Source: Phoronis australis (lineage: Eukaryota; Animalia; Phoronida). From it: a DNA stretch of 64,000 bases. Shown one piece after another: positions 23,301 through 38,300 of this stretch. The notes below the pieces were generated by a model that did no database searches, was not told where the DNA came from, and saw only the letters and a program-made list of their open reading frames with translations. Positions within the stretch are counted from its first letter, which is position 1, and the number at the start of each line of letters is the position of its first letter. The translations under genes and the position numbers were made by a program. Location of the stretch: positions 399,200-463,199 of the forward strand of contig NMRA01000304.1 of NCBI GenBank assembly GCA_002633005.1, given 5' to 3'.

Positions 23301-26300
23301 CAAAAAAGTCAAGGTTGTCATTGTTTTGCGTCTCACTAGCAAGACTCATAGCTGCAAGCAATGGAAAAGAACAATGCGTAATACAATAACAACAGGTATG
23401 GAACAATTCACTAGAGATCACTACTTACTGGATAATGGCTGCTTTTTCGAAATAATGAATTGCCTTTTCACAAAACTGTGAGTCTATGTAATATGCCCCA
23501 AGCCATTCAATGATCTCAATATTGGATGGGAAATAGCGGTACGACTGAAAAGAAAACATGGATTTTTCAGACAACTTATACCTGATAGTCATTATCAATA
23601 TGGTGCAGAAAACCAACAAAAATTCACTATTTGAAAATCCATCAATGAAAAGTTCAAGTTAACTGGTATGGACAACCTTTTAGAGGGATGTAACAAGGAG
23701 ACTTGGCTATATACTATATTACAGACTGATTGAAGTTCATTGGTTTATGGATTATTAAAATTTTATCTTAGTAATAAAAATATGACACCAGAAAAACTTA
23801 AGCTGCCATAAATACAGTCTGGTAACAAAATACCAAGTACAGCTTTGTAACAAAAAAGTTTGATTGAAAACTATTATTTGCAACATCGTGTTCATTTTTA
23901 AACAACATCCTGAATGACAATCTGTGCTCACATCGTAGTGGTACTGGAAAGCCTGTGATTTGTCGCCTTCGTTGTCAAAGATCTCACCCACGCGAGACAA
24001 GATGCTAGGATCTGTAGGCACCAGGCTGATCAACTGCATAAACCTGAAACAAATGCATCAAAGAGGATGTTTCTCCGATCACAAACCTAATTTTATAAAT
24101 AAACCAATTTGACTTACTGACATTGCTGACTACTACTTTTTGGCAGACATTAAAACACATATTACATAGTTAATCAACAACAACAACATCAGATTGGGAA
24201 AACGAATGCTTTTTGAGCAAAAAATCTCTAAGCGGCATCATATTAAATGGCGGAAGATTGGCTAGAAATGGACAGTGAAATGGGATACTTTGGTGTCTAG
24301 ACCCTACACCACAATCTTACCATTCTGTGGCCTGTGTGGTGTCACCTAGCTGGTCATAGATATCGGCAATGTTGTAGATAACTTGAGAGTTGTTCCTCAA
24401 GATGGAATGAAGTTTGTAGAAGCAGTCTAGTGCGTCCTCATATCGACCAAGTCTCTTGTTGCACAAACCTGTCAGGCACGTGAGCAAACATTGAATTGGG
24501 ATTCCTTTGTTACAAACGTTCACAGAATCTTACGCGCACACAAACAATGTTCTGGTATGCGTTATGAGACTGCTCTTTTCTAAAAAAAATCTCGATTTTT
24601 CACAGATTTTTGTAAATTCTTATCATGAGCAGTAACCTTTCTTATTGTTAATTTTTGATATGAAATTCTGCAAAATCAAATACCCCAGTAACACTAATCC
24701 ACCATGATGTGAGGTAAATTAAAGAGCAGTCAGTTTTCAAGTAAAGTTCATCCTAAAAAATTTTGCATTTTCTGAATTGTTGATTAACCATGAACCATAT
24801 ATTAATACATAAAGCAGTGACCTTTATATTTTGTAGAAATTTCATTTCTTTGCAAAATGTAGTACTTTACAAACCAAACAATTAAAACTAACCCAGGTTA
24901 AACAAGGCTTCAACACACGATGCTTCATTTTGCAATGCCTCTCTGTAAAATTCTCGGGCCTTCTCATAGTCTTTGTTAGCGAAAAGACAGTTGCCCTTGT
25001 TGACCAGGGCAGACGGGTTGTAACGGTCTGCTGTCATGGCAACCTCAGCATATTTGTCGGCCTGAGAGAGATCACTCTCCTGTGGACAAAAAAGAGAGCT
25101 TATTTGATGAATAGATTCGCATGAAACTCGATCGACTCCAAACTATGCGATAATCTCGTAAATTTATGTAAGTTCATGTTCAAAGATTTTGTGATTATAT
25201 TCAAAACTGCAAAAATGTTTTAAAAGCATTACAGGTAAAGATGCACCAGCCTACTAGATAAGAAATGAGTATCGTTATGAGGAATTAAAATTCATAGTTA
25301 ATTTACACACTATATACGGTACTCTGCTTTGATAATGAGGTCATGGCAAGATCTGGGTAGAGTACAGTAGCTGTCTTGCGGCTAGAAAAAGTCCTGCCTT
25401 CCAGCGAGGTCATAGAGTAGGTCCTAGTGTTACTGAACTCTACCTTGGCATAATCTTTACTGAAGTGTGTTCATAATGTCAAAATGCCCTTCATATAAAT
25501 CTGCATAAAGGTTAGGTAACAGTGAACCTTGTTTACCAGGTTGTACATGTGCAAATATCTTAAATTCTGTTAGCTGTAACCTTTACAAAGTACATATTTT
25601 CTGAAAGGTGAATAAATTTCTTAACAAATAAATAAGAATGAGATATGTGTTTTTAGTTTAAAAAATTCTTTTGACTTTGAACAGAGGTTTTAAAAATATT
25701 GTTCCTCTAGTCTGAGTGGTCTTATGTCAACATGTTGATAACGGCATTTGCGAGGGAACAGTGTCTCAGATTTTGGGCCTAGTTTTTCAGAACGAAGCCT
25801 TCAAAAATTAAGAGTACGTCGGCCATTTTTGCTCAAAATGCTTTAAAAAGTCGATAATTAAAAAACTAATGCCTATTTCAGAAATCTGAGACACGATTCC
25901 CCCGAAATGCTGTTATCAACATGTTTACAAAAGACCAATATTGTTGGACAAACAATATTTTTAAAATCTCTGTTCAAAGTAAAAAAATTACTAAGAAACG
26001 CATCTCTTTTGAAAAAATAAAGACAATTACATAAGAATAACAAATTTTGTTAGAAAATTTATCCACCTTTCAGAAAATAAATACTTTGTAGGGGTTAGAG
26101 TTAACAGAATTTACAATCTGCTATACAAGGTTCATCTGTGCATGTATTTAAGACCCTTTAGAAGAACTGTATTCAGTGGGACACAGGCTTCTTCAACATT
26201 CAAAAGCATTGGCTGCATGGAAACCAGTAACCATGACGCTACGTCCTAAGGTACACAAAATAACCGTACTTGCTGGATGAATGTACCACACAGACTTTCC

Positions 26301-29300
26301 AAATAGCTGCTTTAGATTAAGAATTTTCATTCAACAAGCTTAAAAGTACAAATTGGACAGTACAAGGCACCACTCACAAAAGCCAGCCAACATTAGACAC
26401 TGCATTACCACTAACCAGACAAAAAATCGATGCCCAACACCAAATGAAATCTAATAGTTGCATCTCATCAGGCACTTGTATCCTACCTTCAATATCCTTG
26501 ACAACAAAGACGAGCACTACAAAATTTCACCAATTGCAAACAAAATAATCCTGTTTCCATTTTTCAAGGTCTTCAAACACTATTGTGAATACCCACGTTT
26601 TTTAAAATACCGTCTGACAGTGGTTAAAATGCTCTATTTGAACAAGGCAAAGTGTCTAATACCTATCTTCTATGAGAAAACTACATGGAACATAATATAA
26701 AATCTTATCAGTCATATCATGTCTTTAATTGGTGAGATTTTACTATATCAAGCAAAAAACTCCAACAAAAACTCCGCTTCAAAATTGTGTTGCCAGTGAG
26801 TTCAATTTGTGTGCTGAACAATGTTTGACATTGACCCTGTGCCACCGAATGCCAAAGTTCACATGCAACCAAAGACAAAGACAAAATCCCGTTCCGCAAA
26901 ACACTACCAAATTGATAAATGGACCAACAAGACTAGAAATTGACTGGACATATTATATCACTGTTTAGTGGAGATTAAAAATTGATAGGACATTGAATTT
27001 TAATTCATAACAACAACAAAATTCAATGTTATTAAAGTCACAAGGAGTGCTACATCAAAATAAGTTAAAAGTTGAATAAAGCAGCTTATTAAGTAAAAAA
27101 TAACACAGATCCATAAGGAACGCATTATGACTAAAGAAAGTAACAAAGTTATCTTGCATTATTTCATGATTCAAGTTTTTGTGACCGTTCCAAAATTAAA
27201 TCAAAACATTGGACACTCCTCATTGTGTGGATGTCCCAAGGTAATACTCATATTAACTGAACAGTTCTCAATATACGTTTAGCAATGTTACAGGCAGTTA
27301 CAATGATAAAAAAGAAAAAATGATATCCAGATACTGGAGTCCTTTGCAGCAAAATAATTAATAAGCATAAAATCTAGGACTGAAAAACAATGGCTCAACC
27401 TTTTTTGACCTTGAAACAGAAACAAAAATGTCATTCAACAAGAAAGAAGCCATCAAAGTGAAAACATACTGGCAAAAAAGAAAGCTTGAAAAACAAACAA
27501 GCCAAGGACATGAGCTATGTGTTATGGCAGTCGAGAAGAGGGAGAACTGTTATCTTGTTTGGCGTATTTCATTCACAAAGTTACGGTGCACAAATTGGTG
27601 AAAATGATGACTTGGAAAAGTTTAAACAGGATCAAAAATACAAGTAACCAGGGCTAGAAAATGTGAAAAGCGATTTCCTTCCGAAAGGATGGAACATTAA
27701 GTAGATTACTAATGGACGAGAGCAATGAAAAATACCTGAGATCGCCCCATCTGAAATCGCAGAAAGAGGGTATCAGGGTATCAGCTCCGATGTAGAATAG
27801 GTGAACTACTTAAAGGGGCATTTCCTTTCTAGTCACACTGACTTAAAAAGAAAGCAACAAAATTATCATTTCCATATTAGCAGTTGGTTTTGATCAACAT
27901 CAGGACTCAAAATGTCAACTGTTACTGTTGTAAAGTGGATCAATTTGAGATATCTTGCCTTAAGTAACATGACATATAATCTAGCATTAAAGGTAGTTAG
28001 TAGAAAGGAAATGACCCTTTAAGAAAACCGGAATGGCATTAAGAATGAAACTAATGTTGACAACAAGCCCTATCTTAAGGATAAAACAATAGCAAAACTC
28101 CTGGTTTCAAAAATACAAACCCTAAACAGAACTTGGAAAAATCAATATAATATAATCTATAAATAAGTCACAAAATCATTTCTATAATCTTATACCACTA
28201 AGACATCTTCTATTGCATTAAGATTACTACAGACATGCGGCAACTCAGCCATGTCCTTCACCTAACTAAGCAGAAGGCTCCAGATACTTAATAAGCAGAC
28301 ATCAAAAACATCAGCTACTCAAGACAGCAAAAAGATAACACAAGCACAGCTTCAACAACCCACAGTAATTCTTCACTTATAAGCGCGCAATATGGCTGAC
28401 AAGAAAAATTCTATCTCGACAAATTTTTCCACCAAAATAAAGATTAAAGGCGAATGCCACCCAAAAAACAACCTATTTTGTATCAATTTAGATCGAGTAG
28501 TTCTACTTGATAACGGCACGTTCGGTTGTGTTACTTGACACCTGACGGCAGACGGAGGTGTTGAAATTATCCAATGACGTAATTGGTTTCACACGCAGTC
28601 TGTTCAGCAGTTCTCAACACGGGTTAGTGGTGTCAGCTTATCGCTTGAATTCATCATTTAACATCAATAAATCATCAAACATCGATGTAAAACCCTTAAA
28701 AATACACCGAGTTCTTATAAAAACATGTTTTTTATTTCTTGGTAGGCCAAATCAAGGTCTGCAACAGGAATTTGGATTGTCAGTCGGAGATAAATTCGAA
28801 GTATTCTTTCGTGAAATACAGACAGGAGAACCTAGATATGTGTTGTTTATACTTGTGATTTTTTGAGTTCTAAACACACAAAACGCTTGTCATCCCGGCC
28901 AGTGGCTCGGAACCTGATCAGGCCTGTCGCGGCCGGACTGACTCGTTATCCCGACCAGTGGCTCGGAACCCGATCAGGCCCGTCGCGGCCGCAGAACTGG
29001 CACAAACATAGACCAGCTTGCATTGGAAACTAAACCTCCAGTCACGAAAAGACTATAGTGAGCCAAAGAAATAATGTGCACGTAACTACTTATGTTGTGA
29101 ATTAGCCACGAGACTGAAAATCTACTTACTTGTCGAGGGTCGCGAAGTCGGGTTCCCCTTCCACAGACCGTCAGGACAAAGGTTGTAACAATGATTTGAA
29201 TAATGTATTTGTATTTCTAAATAATGAAAGATTCCCCAAACATGTGACAATAAAATCGAGTAATATTGTTTCACAACAGCTTTCTGTCAGCAAACACTGA

Positions 29301-32300
29301 ATTAGCATGCGCTCACACGGCTTCGGTGCTAGGTCAATTACCTTTGTTGCTGGCATCAAAACCGGTAACGCAGTGGTTTATTCATTGCTGGCTTCTCAAA
29401 ATATTTGCACTCACGAGCACTCCAAGGCATTGCAAATAGTATTTAATGAGACAGACTTGGTTTCAGTTTCATATAAGCATTGGTTAGGATCATTTTAGGA
29501 TGAGAATAATTCATTTTGAAACAGAATGCAGAATAATAAACGTCTACATGGCAACTCGCCCGGCGCCAATCTCGACTTATAGTCAAGAGCTCATCCGACA
29601 AAGACTTCACGGGTCGGCTCATTAGGTTTCACAGGCTATCAGTTCGAACCGGAATACACTGATCAAAAAATACTAGCCGAGGTGCCGTGAACATGCATAG
29701 GCAAGGAAACATATAGATAGTTCTTTGGGAAGCCAGAATTCGTCAGAGAAATCACTGTAAACGAAATGCCGGCCACAGACACGGATATGTTTCACAGCCT
29801 CATACTTGCTATTAACAGCATACCTTTCATTCTTCAGTCCCACTAGCCACTTCCTAAGCATTTCGGGCTCTCAAGGAAGTCGAAAAAACAATATACCCGC
29901 TTTCTTTGCAGCTCCATAATTCGGACAAGCGGGAACCGATGCACCGCAATATAGCGGCATTCACTCTGCAGACAAACTACTGACGTCGCTGCGTCATTTC
30001 TCAACTTCCTCACAAGTAAATGCAACACCTCTCGGCAAGGTGAGGTCGACCGTATGAGAGGCGATGTGGATATAAACCGATTAAGATGGTAAAAAAGACT
30101 AATTAAATCAGGTGGCATTCTCCTTTAAGGACATTCTAATTTATTACAAGCATGGTTTGCAATGTGTAGATGTCAACCTTTGCTAAAAATGCCATTATTT
30201 ACAAACCGGTGATCAGCTAATTTTAGCAATTACTTTTTAGGAAAATTAATAGAGAATCCCCATACTACCAGAAATCACAGCTAAATAAGTTAGGAGCCTC
30301 ACTATATCATCTACTCGCCAACATATCAAACAGATGCAAACAACATCAAATAGACATAATGGAAAGACATAGACACTCGGGTAAATTTTTTGACAGAAAG
30401 CACAGGTTTACTGTGACTTTTAAGTTTTAATTTCTTCAAAGTCACTTTTGCCAAAAGTTACACTTTTCCGTCATACAGGATCCCAATTTGAAGACGTTTT
30501 ACTGCACTGTCCAACCAAAGGTTGAGTCAGAGATCAAATACTGTAACATCAGTAGACAATTAATGGCCTTATTAATTCAAAAGAACTGCTCACCAACTTA
30601 CCAAGTAGTAGAGGAACGAAAGATTTGTCGCCGCAGTACTAGCCACTTTTGTATCCTTCTTTTCAAAAGATTTCAGAGTTTCAGCTGCCTGTGAAGTAGA
30701 GGAAAAAAATGAGAAAGATATTGGGAGAAAAAGATCCAAGTTTCGTGAATACCCATGCATTCAAAATTAGCACTGTTTATAGTGCTGAACCTAACAATCA
30801 GAACAATCAGAGAAACTACCAAATCTATGCTATAATCCTGCTAAATTAGGAATACTAAGTCACTGTCTTAAGAACACTGAAATGTATTCCATACACAAAC
30901 AGAGGTTTTTGGTGTACTGTACGTGACTTTACACGTCCAAAAGATTATCTACATGACCCAAGAAGGTCAACTTTTGTTATCTATTATTTCCTATTGTTTA
31001 TGGCAGTAAGACTGTCAATGCACTCATTTCAAATAAACCTATTAGTAATTTAATGTTACTGATGTCATGACATACCTCCGGGATTGTGAAACAACGTTAT
31101 TGACACTGACAACGCTTGAAAATAAAAATGAACTCAATCTTCAAGGAAGTTTTCTCTGCGGTAACTTATTCCGACAAAAAAGTAAACTTAACAAATCTCA
31201 CCGAGGATTGAGAAAAAAAGCCCAAAGTTGACTCTGATTGTAGGTAGGATATCTAATGACAACTTTAATCAAAACACACTGCATGAACTTAAAAGATGCA
31301 ACTAGTTTTGATTTGCTAAACATGCTAATAGGTGATAAATAAATAAAATTTAAAGTTCCAGTATGAAGTTAATTGTTTTTTTTTCAATACTGCCCTAACA
31401 GGATCCAACTAAATACTTTCTGAAGAAAACTACAAAAATTCAGTAAACAAAACCGGTTAGACATGCTGTGTTGTGACAAAATGACAGCCACAAAATGGAG
31501 GAGTAGTTGAGAAATGACAAGTGATGAGTAACATACAACGTACATGTAACTAAAATTACAATTCGCGTATAGACCTGAAACCCTTGCTTATTCAATTGTG
31601 TTATTTTGCGAGATCTTGTGCGATTTTACTTCCCCTCCCCGAGTTTTTTGCGTCCACGGAACTCCCCCCCTGCACTATCACGAAACTTGTGATTGTTAGT
31701 TTTGAAGATCTTTTTTCATTTCATTGCAGTTACCAATTTTGAATCTCTAATGGCATAACACTTAATGGCCAGCAAAGATGAATAATACCAAAAGTAACCT
31801 TTTGCAATTTTTTAAAATAGAGAAAAATGCATATCGATGTACTTATTGACATAATTCGATCGATGGAACTCTTTCTGAATTGAACTTTAATTAGAGAAAT
31901 CAAAGGAAAGAGTATAAGCAAGAATTATCAGTCTTCATAAACTGATTCAAAACAACACAATACTACGCAAAGTAAAGTGTGTCTTTAAGTCTAAAGTTTG
32001 AAAGTTTGAATGCTACTTCTGTCACAGCGGTGTTCACCAAATCCAAGGTGACACACATGATGGCTTGACGACATTGTTGCTATCATGCATATAGCCAACT
32101 ACAGTAAAATGGAGCCCAGCTCCTGCAATCTCTGTTGGTGTATTATTCTAGTGTTGCTCTAAACGACCTGAACAACAAAAACATCAGAAACACCAGAGTT
32201 CTGACACAGACGGGATGGTATACACTCATAATTACAAACCTGTTGCACCTCAACCTAGATTATATCGAAAATGTACATTAGTTTCATGCTGAACAACCAA

Positions 32301-35300
32301 AGATACATAGTAAAATATACCTGAGAATAACAATTGAAAATGAGAGGCCCACAATAACTCAAGTTTCGTCCCACTACTATCGGCAATTTCAGACGAATCG
32401 CTAAAGATTCCGGAATAGAAGTCCCATACAGTGTCACATAAGAGCAACTAAAAGCCTGAAAGTCAACTAACAAGGCAAGATAAATGTCTTAATTTTACAC
32501 ACCACGCAATGTACTGAGTGGAGGTCATTAACAGGTGCTCCAGCAAGTAAGTCTGCTACAAACTTGTTTTCTAGTTTGAAGTGTGGAATTTTTACCATGA
32601 CCTTATCAGTTCATGTGGCTTTAGGAATTGACTTTTGAGATATCAACATTTTCTAATACAAGCTTACATGTGAACTTTTAAAATACAGTGGTACTGACTG
32701 ACATTGAAACTGACTCTTCAATTACGGTAGAAGATGAGTTTTAAGCAGCTGACAGGATGGCAGATTTCCCCTTCTTCAGCACAGTACAGTGTCAGAGTGC
32801 CCCTTACCTGTTGAAATTCTTTTTGCTTCAAGAACATGATAGCTTTGTCAATTTCAAGGTCGTTAGCCAGTTCTACGTAGGGGGACACTTTAACCTGGTC
32901 AACGCACCTAGACAAACAAGAGGAAACAGTCATGATGCAACAAAACACAGCGTTTGAATTTTTTTCAGGTTACATTACCATGATCGAGATCAGTGTACAT
33001 CACAAACTACAGGCGGATGGATGGATGGATGGACACACAGACAGACAGACAGACAGACAGACAAACTATCTACAAAGAATAGAGTGAGATATGCAGCAAA
33101 TAGCAAAGGGAGATATTGAATGGGATGAATGAATACCATTGATAAAAACAAGCCTGACACAATGTATACAGAGCATACTAACCCTGGCCACATTAATGAC
33201 AAGGTACACAAAGTGTACAAAGGTTCTAAGAAGCTCTTATGCTTAGATAGGTTTGCTGTTCGGCAGACCATCCAGTTTATTACTGGACGTTGCAAGTTAG
33301 CTTGTCAGCGAAACCTAACAGGCCGCATGACATGCTCAAACTGCAATAAAGTGCGGTATGGAAACCATGACTCCTCAACATTTAGTTGAGATTTGACGTG
33401 CCTATCAAAGATTTTGCAATATACTAAACGATGGACACACACCCTGCCTGAAGGAAAGGGATAGATCATTCAGGTTCGATAGACTTCCCAACTTCCTGAG
33501 GTTAACTGGCAGATTGGAAGACATTGGACTTTACCTATGGGGAACCCATGATGCAGGGTCACCACGAGTCAGTGCAATGGGCCCGGCCTTGTGACCAAAG
33601 CACGCCTGGTGCACCACAAGAGGCATCAGGCCACCTGTCTACATTTTAACAGTGTAGAAAGAGTAACACTCTATGAAAAGCATATAATTGTCGTTTAAAA
33701 AAACAATAAAAAGGTGTTGTTGCCTAGGAAATCATCAGTCAGACAGACTCAATATAACTTGATAATTTGGAACATACCAGTCATAACCTGCAGCAAACGA
33801 CATCTCTACAGATGGCGCTATCAGTTTAGCCGCAGTCTTGATGAATCGATCTGCCTCACTTTTGCGTTCTCTCTCGGTTTGACGAAGTGGGTCGTTCTTA
33901 ATCACCTCAAGTATCAGGTTATGTTGTTTATCATCCTAAAAGTAGGAACGGAAAAATAACATAAACATATTAAAAACATACATAAAGGCAATTAAAACAA
34001 TAAAAATTAAAGTGAGATCGTGAGTGTACACCCTTTACTCTCAACAAATGTTATGTTGAAAATCCTAGGAATTACAACCATGAGTCTCGCTAAATTTCAT
34101 TTTGTGTTTTCCCGGAGGTGTAATTCAAGTAATGAAACTATGTTTGGGGAGGCCATTGTTGGTGGCACTTTTGGCATGATAAATAGTTTCAAACTTGTTT
34201 GATCCAAGGTTGTAGTTGCAGATTTTTGATAAGCTGAAAACGTGCGCAATCTCATTTAAAGTAAACAAAAATCAATAACTTTTTGATGAAATCAAAACAC
34301 TCAAGAATATGCACGAAACCTTGTTGTGTCGTAAATTAAGAGCCTGAAAAACATGATATTGGAATTATATCTATATGGTATGGTGGCAGATACTCAAATT
34401 CCCATGGAATCTTGCAATGTCGCCTAAAATCAATTTAATGAAATTTTTGCAGAACATAATGTACTGATTCAAATGTGATTATACATTACTAGGTGACCTG
34501 AATTTTAAGAACCAGTTTGATGCAAGTAACTCACTGGAGAAAACTGGTTCTCAAAATGCGAGACTCCTGCGAGTGACCATTACCCTCTAACTGTATCTGA
34601 CAACAAAGGTACAGCTCATTCTTCCACCATTTGATTGTAAAAAATGTCCAAACCAAGGCATGAGCGCCGATACCCTCACTATCCCCAAGAGGTGGCGCTG
34701 TGATAGAGAGCATACACCCAATTTAATAAATGAACTTTTGCATTACAGTGACTAAAACAGTGGGCTCGGTATCAAATCTATCTTGGCACCTTATATAGGG
34801 AAATTTTCATATTCCAAAATACTAACACTGTGAGGTAGGTACTTGTCTTCATCGTCAACCTTCAAGTCGACTGTCAGCATCTTCTGGAATGCGCGCTTCA
34901 TCTTGTCTCGGTCTCCTATGGCGAAGTAGCACAGCACAAGATTGAAGGCCGTCTTGAAGTTGGGGTTCTCTGTCATGATATGCTCGAATGACGTGATGGC
35001 GTCATTGTACTGGCCCATCTTGACAAACGTCAAACCGATATTCTGCATAATCTTGATCCTGGATAGAAGTTCGTACACAGTGGTGAATCATTTTTACTAA
35101 TTCTGGGTCCAGCAGACAAAAGCTTACCGTAAAACAAGATTCGTTTCACACAAATGCTGCCTGTGGTGCTTGAAACATGTGGGCCAGGCTGAAGATGCTT
35201 TTATGAACGTTTAGTTGTCTCAAAGCACCAACAGTAATTTTTATGTGCCAAAGTTGGAGTACCAAGTTTACTATACTGTAGACGTCACAGACTCAATCAC

Positions 35301-38300
35301 ATTTCATATGAATATAAACTGTAATTTATATTTTCAAACTAACAAGAAAGGAACTGCTGAGGTATGGATTAAATTGCCGACACCAATATATCGAACCTTT
35401 AGACCTTTAGATCAGCTGCAATATCATACAACTCACCTCATTTCTTTATGCGTATTGGGTACTTGATCGAGAGCCATGCGGTAGAACTTGATGGCCTTAG
35501 GGTAGTTTTTCTGCTCAAAGTAGATGTTTCCCATATTAACCTTGAGACGACCTGCGTTGCTGAACATCTTGTTCTTGACGATGACTTGGTAAGTGTTGAG
35601 GGCCTCGCCATACATTTCATTGGCTGCATACTGATTGGCCAGATTGAAAAGAACCTATGGGAAGCAGACGGCATTTACTGATGAATGATGGGAATTATCT
35701 TAACACGGAACATGACAATGAGTGGCAAATTTGGGCAAATTATAGTTGAGTCCCCGATGCCTAAATGTTGCAGTCTTTTCTCTGAACTTGTGTTCAAAAA
35801 ACCAAAATCCTGAAAACAAATTACAGCATTTCTATATCCCTAAACATGTCCTAATAAACACCATATTGATTCTGATCAAGCCCTCTTCAGTCATATCTGT
35901 AACAAACGTAAGACGTCTCTTTCTCATGTCGATTTAACTAAAACAAGACAAACCATAAAAAGGATGTTCAGTTTCCAGAGTTCAACTCTCAACAGTGACT
36001 TAGTCTCAGTTCACATTTAACACCGCCCGTTAACCTTCCACAAATTTTAAATGAAATTGTGCGCATCTAAATTGTACCACGCTTTTAACATTTTCAAAAC
36101 ACTCTAAACAGACTCAACAGAGACAACAGTTTTAAATAACACATTATAACATCAGCAGCTGTGATCAGAAAGAGCAGGTTCATGGATACTTACAGAGTAA
36201 GTCAGATCCAAATTAATCTGATCTGAGCTAGCCATCTGCTCCCTCTCTCGAACCAACACTCTCTCCTTGCGCCCAGCTTCCTTCGCTTTCTCTAATGCCT
36301 GAAGTGGAAATTTTACATTTTAGGAGTAGGAGGAAAATGTCGAGTGTAGGTCATCAGTTAAATTGTGAGAGAAGTTTCTATCATTGCGTACCAGTAAGAT
36401 TACTCAAACCTCCTTAGGCAAACGCACTACTTACACATTGTCGCGGAGGAGTGACACTGTGCAATAATGAGTACTTTGGTTTTTCAAACAAATGAACATC
36501 CGGTAATTTCGATTGGCTGAGTGAATTGAAATCCCTCAGCTGACTTGCAGCTGCAGCAATAACACTCTACTCAAATATGTACTCCATGATAATTCAAGGT
36601 AACAAAATATCAGGTAAAACAACAAATCCCGATTCAACATACTTTCCAGCTCAGTTCTGTATCAGTTGTTTATGAGAGACGATCAAACCAAGACGTGCGT
36701 GATGAGCCCTACACCTGGAATTCTGCGTCAGGAAGTAACATTATACAATCATGTTACTCCTCAGTGTGGCTCTTTATTGTAAAAGAAGTTTTATTGGCTT
36801 ACTTTCTTAATTGTTCATTTATTGCTATTCTGAAAATAAATGTAGAAAAAGGGCTATAGAACAAAGAAAAAAGAAAATTTCCAAACGGGATTACATCATA
36901 CTACATAAGTCCCCTACCAAGTTAAACTCTCCTCTGTAGTTAGCCATGCAACTTTCTTCAATCAGTTCATTGACTTTCTTCTCCAGTATTTTTATTTTCT
37001 CTTCCGGTGTGTCTTCATCCTTCTTTTCAAGAGCTGGCGCTGGTCCCTGTGCTTGACCTTGATTCATAGGGTCAAATGCAGCACCTGACAATGGAATATT
37101 TCCAAGTTGAACTGACAAGAAGTTAACAAGCAACAACAGTACATTTCTGCACTTTCATACCAAAACACCTGGATTTTAATTGAAAGTAAGCAAGCATTTG
37201 ACGTTCCTCTTAAAAATATGGTATCTTGTTACAAATATCTTTGAGCAACTTACTAAGAAATAGCTCTGTCACACAGCGGAGCGAAAATCAAAAATTTTAT
37301 GTTCAAGCAGCAACAAATCATTTGCAGGAATCGCAGAAACATCCCGCTCGTGGAAAATTGAATGATTCATACAAACTGCAACATGACGTGCATAAACAAA
37401 TGCCAATTCACTTGCACAAACATGATAAGCATGGACCACTTGACATCGCTAAATTCGTTATCAAAGAATGTTGCTGAGAACTGTGCTTTACTGATCACGT
37501 GCATAATCATACGCTACCCTTGATATCTACAGTAGTTCTTCACCAATTTAGCACAAAACAGGTGAAATGTTATTTTATCAAAATTTTTCAAATCAAGTGG
37601 AGAATTACAATGAGAGAGGATTTGTAGACAACCAGCACTTTAATGTTTCCTACTAACAGTACTTTGGTCTCAAAAGAAGAGAATACCCCTTTCTGAAACA
37701 GTTTTTATCATGTTCAAATAAGTGACACTGATGATTGTCATACAAGTAAACACACTTTTGTGCTCCCAAAAAGCTAAAGAGTGGTCAAGTCAATTGTAAG
37801 GAGTTGGGACTTCAACACCACATGATGAGCTTGATAACAAGAGAAGAAATCAAGTTACCTCTGTTCCCAGCGGATGTGAAGCCAGCAGCGCGGACAGCTG
37901 TCATTGGTCGAGCTCCGTCTGCACCACCGCCTGCACCCATAGAAGATGTCATACCAGTGCGTCCCCGTGCTTGTGTGGGAATCCGTGCATTAAGACCGCC
38001 ACCGCCACCCAGGATAGGGGCCTTCATGCCTGTCGCCTGTAATGAAAGAATGTCATGGATATAAGTGATACCACTGGATACTGTAACTTCAGTTTCAATA
38101 CAAACACAACTTGGTCCTTACATAAAAATCAACACTTAAAGTTACAAAGGCACACATATTACACGAGGCTAGACCTAGGATGAATGACTCACCGGTGGCT
38201 TTCTTCCATGGCTAGTCTTGACAACAGCCTGTTTGAAGCCAGCATCATTCTCAAGGTCCTGCAACACAACGAAATGCAATATTGGTTTCTGTTTCTCAGC

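Larger units (their letters stand above)
28448..30124 (-). mobile_element. 1.68-kb Kolobok-like non-autonomous DNA transposon with a THAP-domain remnant (IFT88 intron 10)
   Basis: TTAA TSDs at 28444-28447 and 30125-30128; 14-bp TIR AGGCGAATGCCACC / AGGAGAATGCCACC (13/14). The 5'-RR termini and THAP remnant fit Kolobok. Confidence 0.85.
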
